Origin: Vicugna vicugna
Lineage: Eukaryota
DNA length: 64,000 bases
Direction: 5' to 3'
NCBI GenBank assembly: GCA_013265495.1
Contig: MU060947.1
Location: 310,001 to 374,000 of the forward strand
Shown: one piece after another, positions 1 to 12,646 of the stretch
Numbering within the stretch: position 1 is the first letter of the stretch
Layout: each line of letters starts with the position of its first letter
The notes under the pieces: model-generated
Databases searched by the model: none
What the model was told of the DNA's origin: nothing
What the model saw: only the letters and a program-made list of their open reading frames with translations
Position numbers and translations under genes: made by a program

Positions 1-310
1 TTTTAGTGTGTCCAGGAGAATTGTTTGGTAGGTAGAACAAGAAAATACTCTCTTCCCGAACTTTTAACTTCTTGCCCCAGAGTGTCAAGTGGTCCATAAT
101 TATTCACATTTCTATTAGTCATTCAACTACTTGTTTAGCAATAACATACTCTGCTACTGATGGGTTAAAATTTAACTCCCAAGGGAGTCACACATGAGCA
201 TCTTGTAGACAGTCCTATTCTGTAAAATTAGGAAGCAACTGTTTCTGTATTAACTATTTGAAAACTCTTTAAAAACACTTCTTTAAGTCAATAATAGCCC
301 ACAAGAGTTT

Positions 311-830
311 CATGCGTTCAATAATCAGCAAATATTTACTTTCTACTTCATTTCTGGACTTGGGGAATTGAGTGGTGACCAAGACTATCAGGGTCCTTGC
401 CCTTAAGAAACTTAACTTCCAATGGGTGCAAGAGTTGATGTTGGAGAAATGGAGATGAAGACTGATACACTCAAAAAAAAAAATGAAGCAGATAATAGAC
501 AGGGAAGTGACTAAGGAGAAGAAGGCTGCTGAGGTTAATTTAAGTGTTGGCGAAAAGCCTATTTGAGAAGGTGTTACTAGTGTTTACTGCAGAATGATGA
601 GAAAAACGCTAGCCATATAAAGAGCCGGTGAAAAGACAACATGAAATGCAAAAGCTCTGAAGTGGGAGAGGGGAAAAAAAGAGAGCTTGGCAGATTAACA
701 AAAAGAAGGCCAGAGCACCTGGTAAAAAGGTGAAAAGTGGTACCAGGTAAAGTCAGAAAGGTAGGCAGGCCCTGAGCATATAAGAAGCCATCAGAGAGGG
801 TTTTTCATTGTATAGGGCTGCATCTTTTGG
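311..830 (-). mobile_element. LINE L2 3' fragment (degenerate)
   Basis: cagcaaatatttac...gtccttgcccttaag, the typical reverse-strand L2 3' end, followed by purine-rich L2 body. Confidence 0.5.
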
Positions 831-841
831 GAACTCTAGGC

Positions 842-1067
842 CAGGGCTGGCAAACTACACCCTACAGTCTATATCTGGCCCTCTGCCAGTTTTTGAAAAT
901 AAAGTTACAATGGAACATGGCCACGCCCAGTCATGCATGTAAAATCTGAATGCTTTTGCACTAAAACGGCAAAATTGCGTAGTTGCAATATAGACTCAAT
1001 GGCCCATGAAGCTGACAGATTTTAAGGGGCTAGCTGGCCCTTAACACAAAAGGTTTATCAACTCTTG
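842..1067 (+). mobile_element. MER58A hAT-Charlie non-autonomous DNA transposon
   Basis: Starts cagggctggcaaact, has internal aataaagttacaatggaacatggccacgccc, ends aggtttatcaactcttg; matches MER58A layout with terminal inverted repeats. Confidence 0.8.
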
Positions 1068-1214
1068 CTTTAAACTGTGTGTTCTTGCTGGGGTTTTGGA
1101 TGCTGCATTTGGTTTCTGCAAAACTGTCTGCCATATTGGTCTCACTTTCTCAGCAGACACCAGATATAATTGCAAAAACAGGAATATTTAAGAGAATAAA
1201 AATTTGCCTTAAAA

Positions 1215-1775
1215 CAAGGATCAGACTCACTTGTATTCACCGAGCCAGTAAACTACCTAGCCGGAGATGGTTTCATCACAGCAAGAAGCTATCTCATACT
1301 GCAAGAAAGCTACAAGTAGGTTTGACTATTTCAGGGATATGACATTGCCGTAAAGACCCAGGTGCTGGCCAGCTTTCCGCTGCCCTCAGGATGTGGGAAA
1401 GCTCACTCCTCCTGGTAGCAAGATGGCTACAATAAGCCAAAGATGGCTCAACTGCAGTAGTTAATGTAGACAAGATGTGAGCTATCTAGCAACAAAAGGA
1501 GCTGGGTACTTCCTCCCACGTGCCCTTTTATTAAGGAGAAAAATCCTCCCCGGCCCATTGCTTATATCATCTACTTATATTTTGTTGGCTAGATAAGCCT
1601 GGGTTCACACCAATGTCTGGTAAGGAGCATGGACTCGCCGTGATTGGCTCAGGCTAGCTAACGTTCATCACTTGGGAAGCTGCATACACACACGGGGAAA
1701 GAACATCGAACAAGGTCAGGCAAGGAAGCAAGGGAGGTGGGTAAGAAAGCCGGGCGGCCAAGGGTACCGACCACA
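1215..1775 (-). mobile_element. MLT1K/L-like MaLR solo LTR
   Basis: aaagacccaggtgc...gcaagatggctac...gtgattggctcagg motifs in the order of the old MLT1 reverse strand. Confidence 0.6.
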
Positions 1776-3074
1776 GGGTGGGATCTTCATTGAACAAATC
1801 CTCTGTCGGTCCCTGTCCACTCAGAGGATGAATGTGAAAGGTGGAGATCAGCAAACAGAAACTGAACACATCCTCCCACTGGGATGGGGTAGGCGGTGGT
1901 GGAAGACAGGAGACGGCACAGTTCTTCGATTGAACGCAAATATCATTTATTGTGTCCACAACCGTTTGAGTAACTCATTCCCACATGTGGAGAACTCGCT
2001 CTCAAGGCAACATCTATGGTATATTTAGCCTCCCTGGTGAGTCATTTTTCTGGACAGCTGTCTCCTGAGCTCGAAGAAACCACAAGTGTTTGAACATGGA
2101 CTTGTTTCAATTTAGTTTTGCAACTAGGGGCTTGATACCGTATTGGGCTTACCTTGGGTTCCCAAACAGGTTCTCCCCAAACACATCTCAAGCTATTTGC
2201 TTTCTTCACCTCTGTAGCTGGCTGGAAACCACTGCCTCCTTTAATTGTCTGCTTCAGGGTTTTTTGCTTGTTTGTTTGTTTGTTTGTGTGTTTTGGAAAA
2301 ACTCTGCTCCAGGGAAAAGGTACATTTGCTTCTTTAGCCCCGTGTCTATTCCCCGCATATATAGAGGGCCTAGTGCCCAGCCCTGGGGGAGCCTGAAGTC
2401 TGGTTCTCATGAGACAAAATTAGTTGTTGTGTTAATGGCATTTTCTGTGGCATTTGTGAAGTTATTGTGGAGAAAAATGTTAAAGGTCAGGAAAGCTGAA
2501 ACCCAGCAAAGACGAGACCAGAAAGAATCTTGAGTTTTGCTGTTTAAGATGAATTTATGTAACATCTGAGTCTTAAGTTTTGTTTAAGTCTGTTGATTTT
2601 TTGTTGTTGTTTTTAATAGGGGAAATTATAACAACAAGGAAGTGGCTGAAGACCTGTGATATTTGTGGAGATCTGGCCAAGGCCAAGTCATTGCAATTTT
2701 GAGACTAAGTCACTCGGATTGAACTGACTTTTGCAAAGCCCAGGCCATAGGTTTGATCTCCCAAGAGACTAATTATGTGATTACCAGTCTACAGGGGAAG
2801 ATTCTTTTTTCTGGCCTCAGGAGCCATCACTCACACCCTCTTTCTTTCATTCATTTACTTATTTTGTAATGAGAACGCCTTTTATGTGTTAAGCACGATA
2901 TCTGGAACTGAGAAAACAAATCAGACAATTATTAAGCACTTGTTAGGAGCCAGGTGGCGGTTAAGGCAGCATCTCTGCCCTTAAGGATCTTACAGCCTAG
3001 AGGGGAAAGCTGGCGTCTAAACAAGTAACTCTCACACAGGGAGATGAAGCTGAAAGGGCGCAGACAGGCAGGAG

Positions 3075-3260
3075 TGGCTTATAGCCGAGAGCGTGAACTT
3101 GAGAGCCAGATTCGGGACTCAAACTGTGTGACTTTGAGCAAGTTACTGAGAATTTGGAAGCCTCCATTTCCTTATTTGCAAAGTGGGAACACTACGAGGT
3201 GTCCATCACAGGGTTACTGTGAATACTAAAGAGATGAGCGCTCTCAAGTTATTAGCATAA
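3075..3260 (+). mobile_element. MIR SINE
   Basis: Core tgtgtgactttgagcaagttact...cctccatttccttatttgcaaagtggg. Confidence 0.6.
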
Positions 3261-3329
3261 CACCCGTCAGCTATTGTCATACGCCACGGCGGGGGCTGGA
3301 GGGGTGGGGGGCAGCACTGCCAGAAAGTC

Positions 3330-3535
3330 TGGTGGCTTAACCCCCGTGAGTGGACTGCAAATCGTGTCCTGTGGCTCTGGGCGAGTTATTTACCCTCCCT
3401 GTCCCTCAGGCTTCTGCTCTGCAAAATGCAGGTAATACCCAATTCAGAGCATTGTTGTAAAGACTTGAAAATGTAATCCCTGTCAATACTTGGCACGCTG
3501 ACTGGCCCATATCAACTCAATAAATGTCAACTGTG
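3330..3535 (+). mobile_element. MIR SINE
   Basis: ctgggcgagttatttaccctccctgtccctcagg...ctgcaaaatg...ctcaataaatgt. Confidence 0.6.
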
Positions 3536-5274
3536 CTACTGTAACTGCTGTGGCCCCTAAAACGACAAAGATGCCAGTCCAGAGGGCCAGAACACATCTT
3601 GCAGAGAAGCTGACGCTCGGAAACCTGGGTCATTAGCTGCAGAGGCAGAGGTCCACAGCCCTGCACCTGTTTTCTGGATCATGCATCAGTGGCATCTTGT
3701 TTGTGCCGTTTGGACAGAACGTGAAATTATGGAAAATCTGAGAGTCTCTGCTTTTGTATTTTTGTGGGATAGTACAGGGTGTGCCCAGTGCCGACTTTCG
3801 TCCCCCTCCCTCCTAAACGGCCAAACTTTCTTGGAAGTTTTTTCTCTCAAGTTACAGAAAACAACTTTAGAATCATCGAGGGGAGTACATGACTCTACAC
3901 TGACCCGTAATGTCCTACCTTCCATCCCCCGAAGTTCTGCTTAGCCACAAAACTCTAATTTTAGTCTGTGGACAGCTCTGTGCCCTGGCAGAAATCCTAG
4001 GAAATGGGTGTGAAGGAAGCAAATGATGGATAAGCAGGATGACATGAGAAACCAAGAGATGCTTCTGTGCTCCCCAGACCCGACGGCCTGGCGGGCAGCC
4101 CGTTTTGCTTACTGGGAGTGACATCACCAAGGTCACTCTCGCTCCCTGGTTTCCTTACCATAGTTTCAGGCTGCTAAGTGATCTATTAGAAGTAATATCA
4201 CTGTTTTTTTTTTCTCCTCTCTTAGGGGATAAACGCTCCCTCTACTCACAATACAAATGCTTTCGTAGCGTTAACCCTGCCACAAGCGATTCACGAGGGG
4301 TACCTAACTGGCCCAGGTCTAAGCCCATCAGAGAATTCCCTTCTGCCAGCCTTGGCTTAGGAAGAGGCACTGATTCCATTCAGGCCGACAGCAGTCAAGC
4401 GGAGGATCTCGGTCCTCTCTTTCAGGTCATCACTTATCTTGGAAGGATGTAGGCCTGCAGCTTCCATACCTGGGAATGCAGCAAATTCTAGGGAAGGCAG
4501 AGGGCAGAGAAGGAAAGTAAGGCGTAAGGATGCTATGTAGACCCCCGAAACATTCTGGACCCTGGGCTTTTCATTTCTATGAGCCAAGGAGGTCATCTCT
4601 TTGCTTAAGTTGGTTTTGTGTTCCATTTTCTGTCTCTTGCAACCAGCAAAATCCTAATGCCCTCAACAGCAGGGTTTCAGACCTGCAGAAAGAGACTGGT
4701 GAGATGAACTCAGTTGAGCCCTGGTACGTTATATCTCTCGCCCGACCAAACCTTGTAAGATACGGGAGAATAATGTCCAGTTAGAAGCGTGGACACGACA
4801 CCAGTCACTGAGTTGCTTTTGTGTCCCTGTTTCCATCCCCATCCATCGGAGTATGCTCTTGGCAGCCCTTCCTGGGATGATCCAGACAGAAAAGCGGTCC
4901 AGGGACCTGCGCTGGCATTGGCTCAAGCTAGACCCTGTTGCTGGAAAGCAGTCTGTGAATAAGACTTTTTACCCAGAAAAGTGAACTGTTTTCAAGAACC
5001 ATATGCTGAGCTCCTTTGAAAAATGGACAATTACCCTTCATTTTTATTCTCAAGGCCACACTGGGTTATTCCCTACTGGGTTTTCTGAAAATGAGAAAAT
5101 ATTGGCTGGCTGTAGGCTTGTTTCTAGGGTTGGTATCAGGTTTTATTGCGTTGTTTATTCCAAGTTGTCTTAACCTCAGTTTTTTACTCAATTTTTAAGG
5201 GTATTTTGTTTGCGGGGGAGGGAGGAACAGCAGCAATAAAAGCAGCAGTGACCATATACTGAGCAGTTGGCTTT

Positions 5275-5440
5275 GCCTGGCTTGTGCCATATGGTTTATG
5301 CGTTCATGTGCATGGTCCTTAGAACAAGGGTAGGCGTGATTATTGTCCCCATTAAACAGATGAGAACACTGAGCCTGAGGTAACAGCTAGTATCTTTGAG
5401 AGTCATGGCTTTGACTCAAAGCCCTTAAACATGACTCTAC
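5275..5440 (-). mobile_element. MIR SINE
   Basis: ccccattaaacagatgagaacactgagcct, reverse MIR core. Confidence 0.55.
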
Positions 5441-6080
5441 CTTCTTGATATGTACCCTTGTATGAGACACTAAAAAATGAGTATGATTTAGTCAGCATAA
5501 TGCCAGCAAACATGAGACTTACAGAAACCTACGTTCTTTACCCCAAGAAACATGTATTCTAGGGGATGCCAAGACTCACTGACTCAAGACTCAGAAAAAT
5601 TACAAAATAGTTCATTTTTAACCCAAATTTTTAAGAGCTACAGACAAAGAAGAGAAGCTTCGTGATGGGGGTACACCGGGGGAGACATCGGGGATTTTAG
5701 ATGTTTAGGTCATTTTGGATTTTTTAAATCTTGCCAATCATTGAAAGCTAGATGAAGAAAGACAGAATCTATTTATTCTGCTTTCTACAGCCTTTGTTAG
5801 GAGCTTGTACAATCTAATGTGCACAACAGATAAATGCTGTCTGGTCCAACTGAGATGATTACACACAACCATGAATTCCCATAGGCTGTTGACTCCCAGA
5901 GAAGGAGACAATTACAAGACAAAGCAGATAAAGAGTTCAAGATTCTGGGTTCTGTTTCACCCTGTCTTGAAGTGTGAGGATCCCCAGGGTACACTTTAAT
6001 CAGTCAGCTTAGAGTTAACAAGAGCAGCTCAGGTACTTTGAATCCTGTTCTTGGGACAGAAAATATTAAAAGAAAAATAA

Positions 6081-6322
6081 TTTGTGGATTCTGTAATGAT
6101 GTCTAATTCTGAACGGTCTAAGGTGATACCTCATTGTAGTTTTGATCTGCATTTCTCTGATAATTAGCAAAACTGAGTATGTTTTCATGCGCCTGTTGGC
6201 CATCTGTATGTCTTCATCAGAGGAACGTCTGCTTAGGTCTTCAGCCCATTTTTGGATTGGGTTTTTGTTGTTGTTGTTATTGAGTTGTATGAGCTATTTC
6301 TATATTCTGGAAATTAGTTGTC
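6081..6322 (-). mobile_element. L1 ORF2 C-terminal segment, inverted 5' part of a twin-primed L1
   Basis: Reverse complement reads ...gatcaaaactacaatgaggtatcacc...cattacagaatccacaaa, the L1 sequence immediately upstream of where the + strand piece begins. Confidence 0.85.
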
Positions 6323-7113
6323 AGTCCACAAACAATAAATGCTGGAGAAGGGGTGGAGGGAAGGGAACTGTCCTACACTGCTGGTGGGAATTTAATTCCG
6401 CCTCTGTGGAAAACAGTATAGAGATTCTTTAAACAACTGAAATTAGATTTACCATACGATCCAGCCACCCCACTCCTGGGCATACATCTGGAGGAGTCTC
6501 TAATTCGACAGGACACCTGCACCCCAGTGTTCATAGCAGCACTGTTTACAATAGCCACGACATGGAAGCATCCTACATGTCCACTGACAGATGACTGGAT
6601 AGGGAAGTTGTGGTGTGTGTATACACACACACACACACACACACATAATACATACAATGGAAAATTACATACAAAAGGATAAAATAATGCCATTTGCAGC
6701 AGTATGGATGGACTTGGAGATCATCACACTAAGTGAAGTAAGCCAGAAAGAGAAAGAAAAATATCATATGATATCACCTACATGTGGAATCTAAAAAAAA
6801 AAAAAGGACACAAATGAACTTATTTACGAAACAGACTCACAGACAGAAAAAAACAGATTTATGGGTACAAGGGTGGGGAAGGGGGTGGGAAGGGATAAAT
6901 TGGGAGTCCAGGATTTTCAGATACACACTACTATATACAAAATAGATAAACAGCAGGGTCCTACTGTATAGCACAGGGAACTATATTCAATGCCTAGCAG
7001 TAAACTATAATGAAAAAGAACGTGAAAATGGATATATATGTATATAGATGAATCACTATGCTGTACACCAGAGACTAACATAACATTGTAAATCGACTAC
7101 ACTTCTACAGAGA
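6323..7113 (+). mobile_element. L1 3' end (end of ORF2 plus 3'UTR), artiodactyl/camelid type
   Basis: aaatgctggagaagggg...gcagcagtatggatggacttggagatc...gcacagggaactatattcaa...cattgtaaatcgactacacttc; degenerate TSD aaaagaaaaataa (6068-6080) / aaaagaaacacaa (7114-7126). Confidence 0.9.
6623..6644. repeat. (AC)11 microsatellite inside the L1
   Basis: Direct reading. Confidence 0.95.
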
Positions 7114-7339
7114 AAAAGAAACACAATTTTGTTTACTGATTATGAATTACTTCAAAAAGGGGATACGACTTGCTTATGTGACTCGCAGCACCAGCCCTGC
7201 CCGGCCAGCCCCCTGCCTTTGACTTTCCAAACGGCAGCCAAGGACTCTTTTGCAGATTTCAATCCCCTAATGACACTCTCACCACGCAAAAGGCCAAGAA
7301 GCACCAGCAAAATTGAAGGTGGTGAAGTCAAGCTGCAAA

Positions 7340-7560
7340 AGCAAATGACAGGGGATGGGCCGAGTTAGGTGGAGCGTGACTTGGCCTCTTTCTCCGCCGG
7401 GGAAGTCACGGAACCAGCGGCGAGCGGGTGGCCGAGCCCTGCGCCGGGGGCACGCTCCCGCTGCCTCTGGGACTCAGTGCACACGTCTGTGACACGGGCC
7501 GCGAGAGGCGCTCGTGCACCACGCCCCGTGTTCCGGGCCTTCTCCCGGCTGGGGAACAGC
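7340..7560. promoter_or_regulatory. Small CpG/GC-rich cluster, possible orphan CpG island or enhancer
   Basis: Dense CG dinucleotides (gcggcgagcgggtggccgagccctgcgccggggg...) against a CpG-poor background; no repeat recognised. Confidence 0.35.
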
Positions 7561-8081
7561 TTTGTTTCCAACTGAAGTTCACAGCTGTGGTCCACGCTGT
7601 GCCATATGGCTTAGGTGGCATGGCCTCTTGGGAAATGTCTGTGGCGGAGCAAGTGTTGGCTCTGTGTGCAGAGGTGCGACGACTTGGTCATACACGCATC
7701 CTGCCATTGAGCTCTTTTTCCATGGGTCTGGGATGATCTATTAAAGACAAGTCTTTGAAGGGACAATTTCCTGGTTCATGTTTTCTCCCTCCAGACCAAG
7801 CTCTTAAGAATCTCTGACCTGGCGCTCGAGTGGTTTCATGCTATGGCCTTAAATTCAACAGAAGATCATCACCATCAGCTACTCTGTGAGGCACGCCCCC
7901 TGACGGGGGGTTCTGAGATTTGGATGGACAGGTAGGTGACAGTGCACAGATCATCCCACTGACAGGTTCAACCTCATTCAAATGACAAGCGGGACTGGGA
8001 GGCAGGGTTTCAAACAATGCCAGGGCATCATGTCACACTCTGGATGAACTTCATGAGGACAGGGACTAAAGCTGTGTGTCC

Positions 8082-8280
8082 TAGGTGCTGGCAAACTATG
8101 GCTCATGGGCCCAGTCATCTGGTTTCGTGTGGCCCTGCGTTAAGAGTGACTTTACATTTTAAATGGGTACATTTTATGCGGGCATAGAGGTTCCTACAAT
8201 ATCCTTGATTTTACTTCTAGGCCTGCAAAGCCTAAAATTTCACTTTTTGACCCTTGAAGAAAAAGTTTGCTGAACCCCCG
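8082..8280 (+). mobile_element. MER58-family (B/C-like) DNA transposon
   Basis: taggtgctggcaaactatggc...gcctgcaaagcctaaaat...gaaaaagtttgctgaacccc. Confidence 0.7.
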
Positions 8281-8689
8281 GTGTAAGTCATTTTAACTTC
8301 CAAGTCTAACACAGTGTCTGACGTGGGCATTAGATAGAACTGAATATTTGTTGGGTTGAATTATCCAGAAATAACAGTATTGACTGTGGTTCAAGGCGTT
8401 GGTCCATGGGCCCCATCTGGTCCGTGCGCCCTACCTTGGCCAGTGACCACCTTGGCCCAGTGATCTACAGGGACGTTTTCTAGGGGTTTCTGGGCAAGAG
8501 CTTTCAGATGGAATCATGGTGCGTGAACGAGAGGCCTGGAACTTCTGCAGATGAAGCCAACAAGAGGGGGATGGAGCCAAGAGGATCCCAGGGAAATGGT
8601 GCTCTTAGGATGAGCAAGTGTCTGTCTCTGGCCGTCCTGCCAAATGAACTAAGAGGTCTCCACAAGTTAGTAACTATTACTTGCTTCTG

Positions 8690-8870
8690 CGGCAGTCACT
8701 GGGTAATTGTGTTATGGACTTTATCTCATTTTATCTTTAAAACAGCCTGTGAAGAAAGTATACCTCTACTTACATGTAAGAAAAGTGAAGCACAAATTTT
8801 TTTAAAACAAGCTTATAGATAGTAAGTGGCAGAGCGATGATCCACACTCTGTTTCTACCTCAAAGTCAAT
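8690..8870 (-). mobile_element. MIR SINE
   Basis: tctcattttatctttaaaacagcctgtgaag...agtaagtggcagagc. Confidence 0.5.
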
Positions 8871-8885
8871 TCATTCTCTACTCTT

Positions 8886-9023
8886 TGTTTTTTTTTGGGG
8901 GGGGCAGTAATTAGGTAAGTTGTTTGTCTCTCTGTCTATTTATTTAATGGAGGTACTGGGGATCGAACCCAGGACCTCGTGCATGCAAAGCGCGAGCTCT
9001 ACCACTGAGCTAGACCCTGCCCC
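8886..9023 (-). mobile_element. Vic-1-type tRNA-derived SINE (camelid)
   Basis: Reverse complement ggggcagggtctagctcagtggtagagctcgcgctttgcatgcacgaggtcctgggttcgatccccagtacctcc with Pol III A and B boxes, then an AT-rich linker, cctaattac and an A tail. Confidence 0.85.
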
Positions 9024-10274
9024 AAAATTCTATACCTTCCTCTCCAATTCACTCTTAATCACTATTCTTTATTGTGACTTTCAACTACATACAACTGCAT
9101 TGCATGTGCCACTATACAACATGAATAGCAGGAAAGGCCCTCTTTTTTCAACAATCTGCATTTATAAGAGAGGCCAGAAACCCAAACGTTTTTTTCAGTG
9201 TTCTTACTCATGAGCCTGCGGTATTAAAATGATCTTCGTTTATCCTACACAGAATCTTTGTATTTCTTCGGTTTTTAAACATAAAGATAAAAGAATTACC
9301 AATAGGTGCAGGTGGAGTCACACAGCTGTGAAGGTGTTCCACATCTTTATGCTTCTTGGTACACTGTGAAAAGTTTTACGACCATATTAAATCACTTGGA
9401 CACACACACCTTCCCAAGATGAAAAATAATGCTATTTTAAGACTTTTTATTAAAAACAATTGTCCCTTTAAAAAGGGACAGACTGTAAAAAGTCTGTTTC
9501 TGTGTATTTATTATATTGAATATTACAGTTGCTTTGTTTTCTTGTGTACACACAAACAAGAAGTGTCACGTTGTCACGTTAGTTCCTGGGAGACTCTTTG
9601 GCACTGGCATTGTGAATAAGCCCTTTCAGGCCAGGAGACTGGTGTTTGGTAATTTACTACTGAAGGAGACACCGAGTGGCATTCTAGGGATGAAAGGGGC
9701 GTTTTATCCCTGAGAGAATCTGGCTGAGCCAACTCATCCTGGAAACTACTGGAAGGAGGGTGAAAAAAAAAATGGCTGTCACATCAGAGTGACTGCTCAG
9801 TGACACCCAGCACCAAATGCTTTGACTCTGTGCAGACTTCATTCGGGAGGAACGAGCGGATCAGAAGTCTGCTAACCAGAGACAGAATTTGCCTTTTGTT
9901 TTTGCGTTTGAATGAAACGTTCATAGCTAAATGGTCCTGAAATGTCATCTGGCATCTCTCTGGATGGCTCTCGGGAGAATTGGTGGTTTTCCCCCAGTTC
10001 TCAGAGCCCAGTGCTTCCCATCCCAGAACTGTTCTGTGTTAGACAAAATTTTGCCAAGTACAAAATCAGCACTGTTTGGAATACATTAACCTTAAGAACT
10101 GAATAAATCAGTCAATAGCATTTATCTGTTGCCCACTGTGTTCAGTCCTAAGGGGGGGGGGTGGTGGTTGGAAAGTCACAATTAAAAGAGAACACGTGAG
10201 TGGTAGATGTGGAACATTTTCACAAGTGAAAATGTCAACTATCAAATTTTAGAGTCTAAAGAGAATTTGGAAAA

Positions 10275-10490
10275 TCGCTTTCCAAGTTATTTTCTAGGGA
10301 ACATAGCTCTGTGAGATATGACTAAGTGTTCTGGGGTCAAATAAGTTTAAAGAGTGCCATGGTAATAGATTTCTTCACGCATGACCCCATGGTGCCTTTA
10401 ACATGCTAATGTGCACGGCAAGTCTCCAAGTGTGGACCCTTAACTGTCAGCCTTGGCTGACTGTTTGGACCAGATTTGGGAAAACATTGC
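10275..10490. mobile_element. hAT-Charlie-type non-autonomous element (subfamily uncertain)
   Basis: TIR-like ends cgctttccaagtt...tttgggaaaacattg flanked by a ctaga target-like site. Confidence 0.4.
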
Positions 10491-10504
10491 CTAGAAATTA
10501 TTAG

Positions 10505-10635
10505 TTGGCTTTCGTCACTTTATAAATGAAGAAAATGAGGAAAAGATATTTATCCAAGATCTCACAGCTAATTATTGGCAGGACCAGGAGCAGGACTTCG
10601 CTTTTTCATTTTGAATCTAGTGTTTTCCAACCGAG
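10505..10635 (-). mobile_element. MIR SINE
   Basis: ctttataaatgaagaaaatgagg...ccaagatctcacagcta. Confidence 0.5.
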
Positions 10636-12646
10636 GCTGCTGTCCAATCCTAGTCTCATTAAACACGTATTTGACGGATTGCTCCTCATCCCGCTAAATC
10701 GGTTTGTTGCATTATATAATCACAGGTTAGAAGGGAAGAAGGCCAGGGATTGAGGGGATAATGGCCTTGAACCTCCCTCTGCTGCCTGGGACTAGTTTCC
10801 AAGCTCACTTACGCTCTTTCAGCCTGCGTTTCCGCCTCTGCCAAACGGGAACAACAACACCTGTCTGGCTGAACTGCTGAAGCGTCTAATGGAGACGCTG
10901 GTGGTGGCCAGATTATCTAGAATTTTAGGAGCTCTGGCTAGGAGGTCAACCTCATTCCAAAGGCAGTGGAATTCACGGGAGGAATTAAGAAGATCAAGGT
11001 GAGGAGTTTGGCCAGATTGGAAGCTCATTGAGGAAAAGCATGTTCTCTCTTTCCTCACAGTCCCTGCCCCAACACATCGTACTGAATAGATACTTAATTC
11101 GCAGTAAATGGAAATACCAGTTTTCTCACGCTGCACACACAAAACTACAAACATGGTGCTAGAGAAGATACCATCAATGTTTTTTGTATATTACGAAAAG
11201 TGTATTTTGACTAGTTAGACTCCCCTCTTTCCAGTTCTCTTTGGTATTAGAAAAGGAAGCAGAATCATATTGAAAAATAATTTGGGTGCTTAACTAGCCG
11301 GGCCCAGGAGGGTAATTTATAGTACTTAATAGTGTAGTTAAAACTAATTCCATTTTCCTAAGATGGATTGCTTCTCCAGTGCCCTAGAGGGTTATCCATT
11401 CCATAGACTTTTTACTCAGAAGCATCAGCTTCCCCAGCGCTGGATATAGAGCTGCTTTGTTACCTCATTAGAAGGATGGGGGAAATAAATTTATTTGTCA
11501 GGAATTTTGCAGGGTCATTAACTTCACCCTGCCCTTCAGAATAAATACGCCAGCTTTAATTTTTCATGCGAATGGTTCACCTACCTCCCAAAGTCCCTGT
11601 GGCCCTTCTGGGGAGACGAATGTCATAAATCAAAACTAGCTTGGCCCTGGATAATCCCAAAGAGCTGGGAAGTGCAGATAAAGAGGAAAGGCACTGAAGA
11701 GGGACCTTCGTTTACTTTTGTTTGCCTTCAGCACAGTTTCCACAGGCAGTCATAACCAATGACAGCTAGAAACGATAATGACCCTACAACTGCTCTGAAG
11801 CTTCCAAAATACTCTTACAAATAAAAACAAATGATGCAATACGGACAGTAAGCCTTTGGGGAAACTAACCATAAAGGACACTGAAGTGCACGCAGACACA
11901 CACCGCTCTGCCCCGCCAAGAACACATTCCTTTCGAAAACTGAATGAGGCTTCTCACACTTCAGCAAGCCAGCTGTTAGCAGCAGACCTCAGCGCTGCGA
12001 GACGCTCTGTTGTTTAACCACAGTCTCATTGTCCCTTCAAGACATCCTGAGCTGTTCGCAACATCTGTGAGATGTGCCACGTTGAGCATAACAAAGGGGA
12101 AATACACACGCTCCTGCAAACAACATTATTAAAAATAAGTATACAACACAGTGGCTCGCCTCGTTCTAATTAAAGGGAAAAATGGGAACAAGAAAGTAAT
12201 ATATTTTTTCTTTTTTTTAAGTTTCAATGATTTGACCTAACTGATGTATTTGTGTAATATTGTTAATACTCTAATTAAAGTTATGCTAAATAGCCAAACA
12301 CTAAAGTGTCAAGGAAAATGCCACAGAACAATTTGATATGGAGAAGAGAAGCTTAATTAAAAGTGACTTAATTTCCATCCTCGGGGAGCATAAATGCCAG
12401 AAGCAATGGCATCGGGAATGAGTATGCTTTCAGATTTAAAAAACTCATGTTTGTTAAAGAGGATTTAGGTTATGATAATATGACAGAATAGTAGATTAAA
12501 AAAAAACTTGACTGTTTTCTTGGGGTAGTAAATGTTTGCATAAAATTGAATTTATGCTGGATTATGCTAGCCATTAATACTTTTCATAAAGCAACTAAAT
12601 TCGCACTGGCCTTGTGGATCTCATACCTTTGAGTCCCCTTAGCCAC

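Noticed and set aside
2700-2770. Faint tRNA/B-box-like sequence (aggccataggtttgatctcc)
   Set aside because: Too degenerate to assign; at most an ancient SINE remnant.
6613-6630. Inverted repeat gtgtgtgtatacacacac
   Set aside because: Ordinary microsatellite expansion at the L1 atatatacaca position.
8886-9023. tRNA-like sequences here and at 35570-35660 and 59719-59852
   Set aside because: They have SINE tails, TSD-like flanks and no complete cloverleaf, so they are Vic-1 SINEs rather than tRNA genes.
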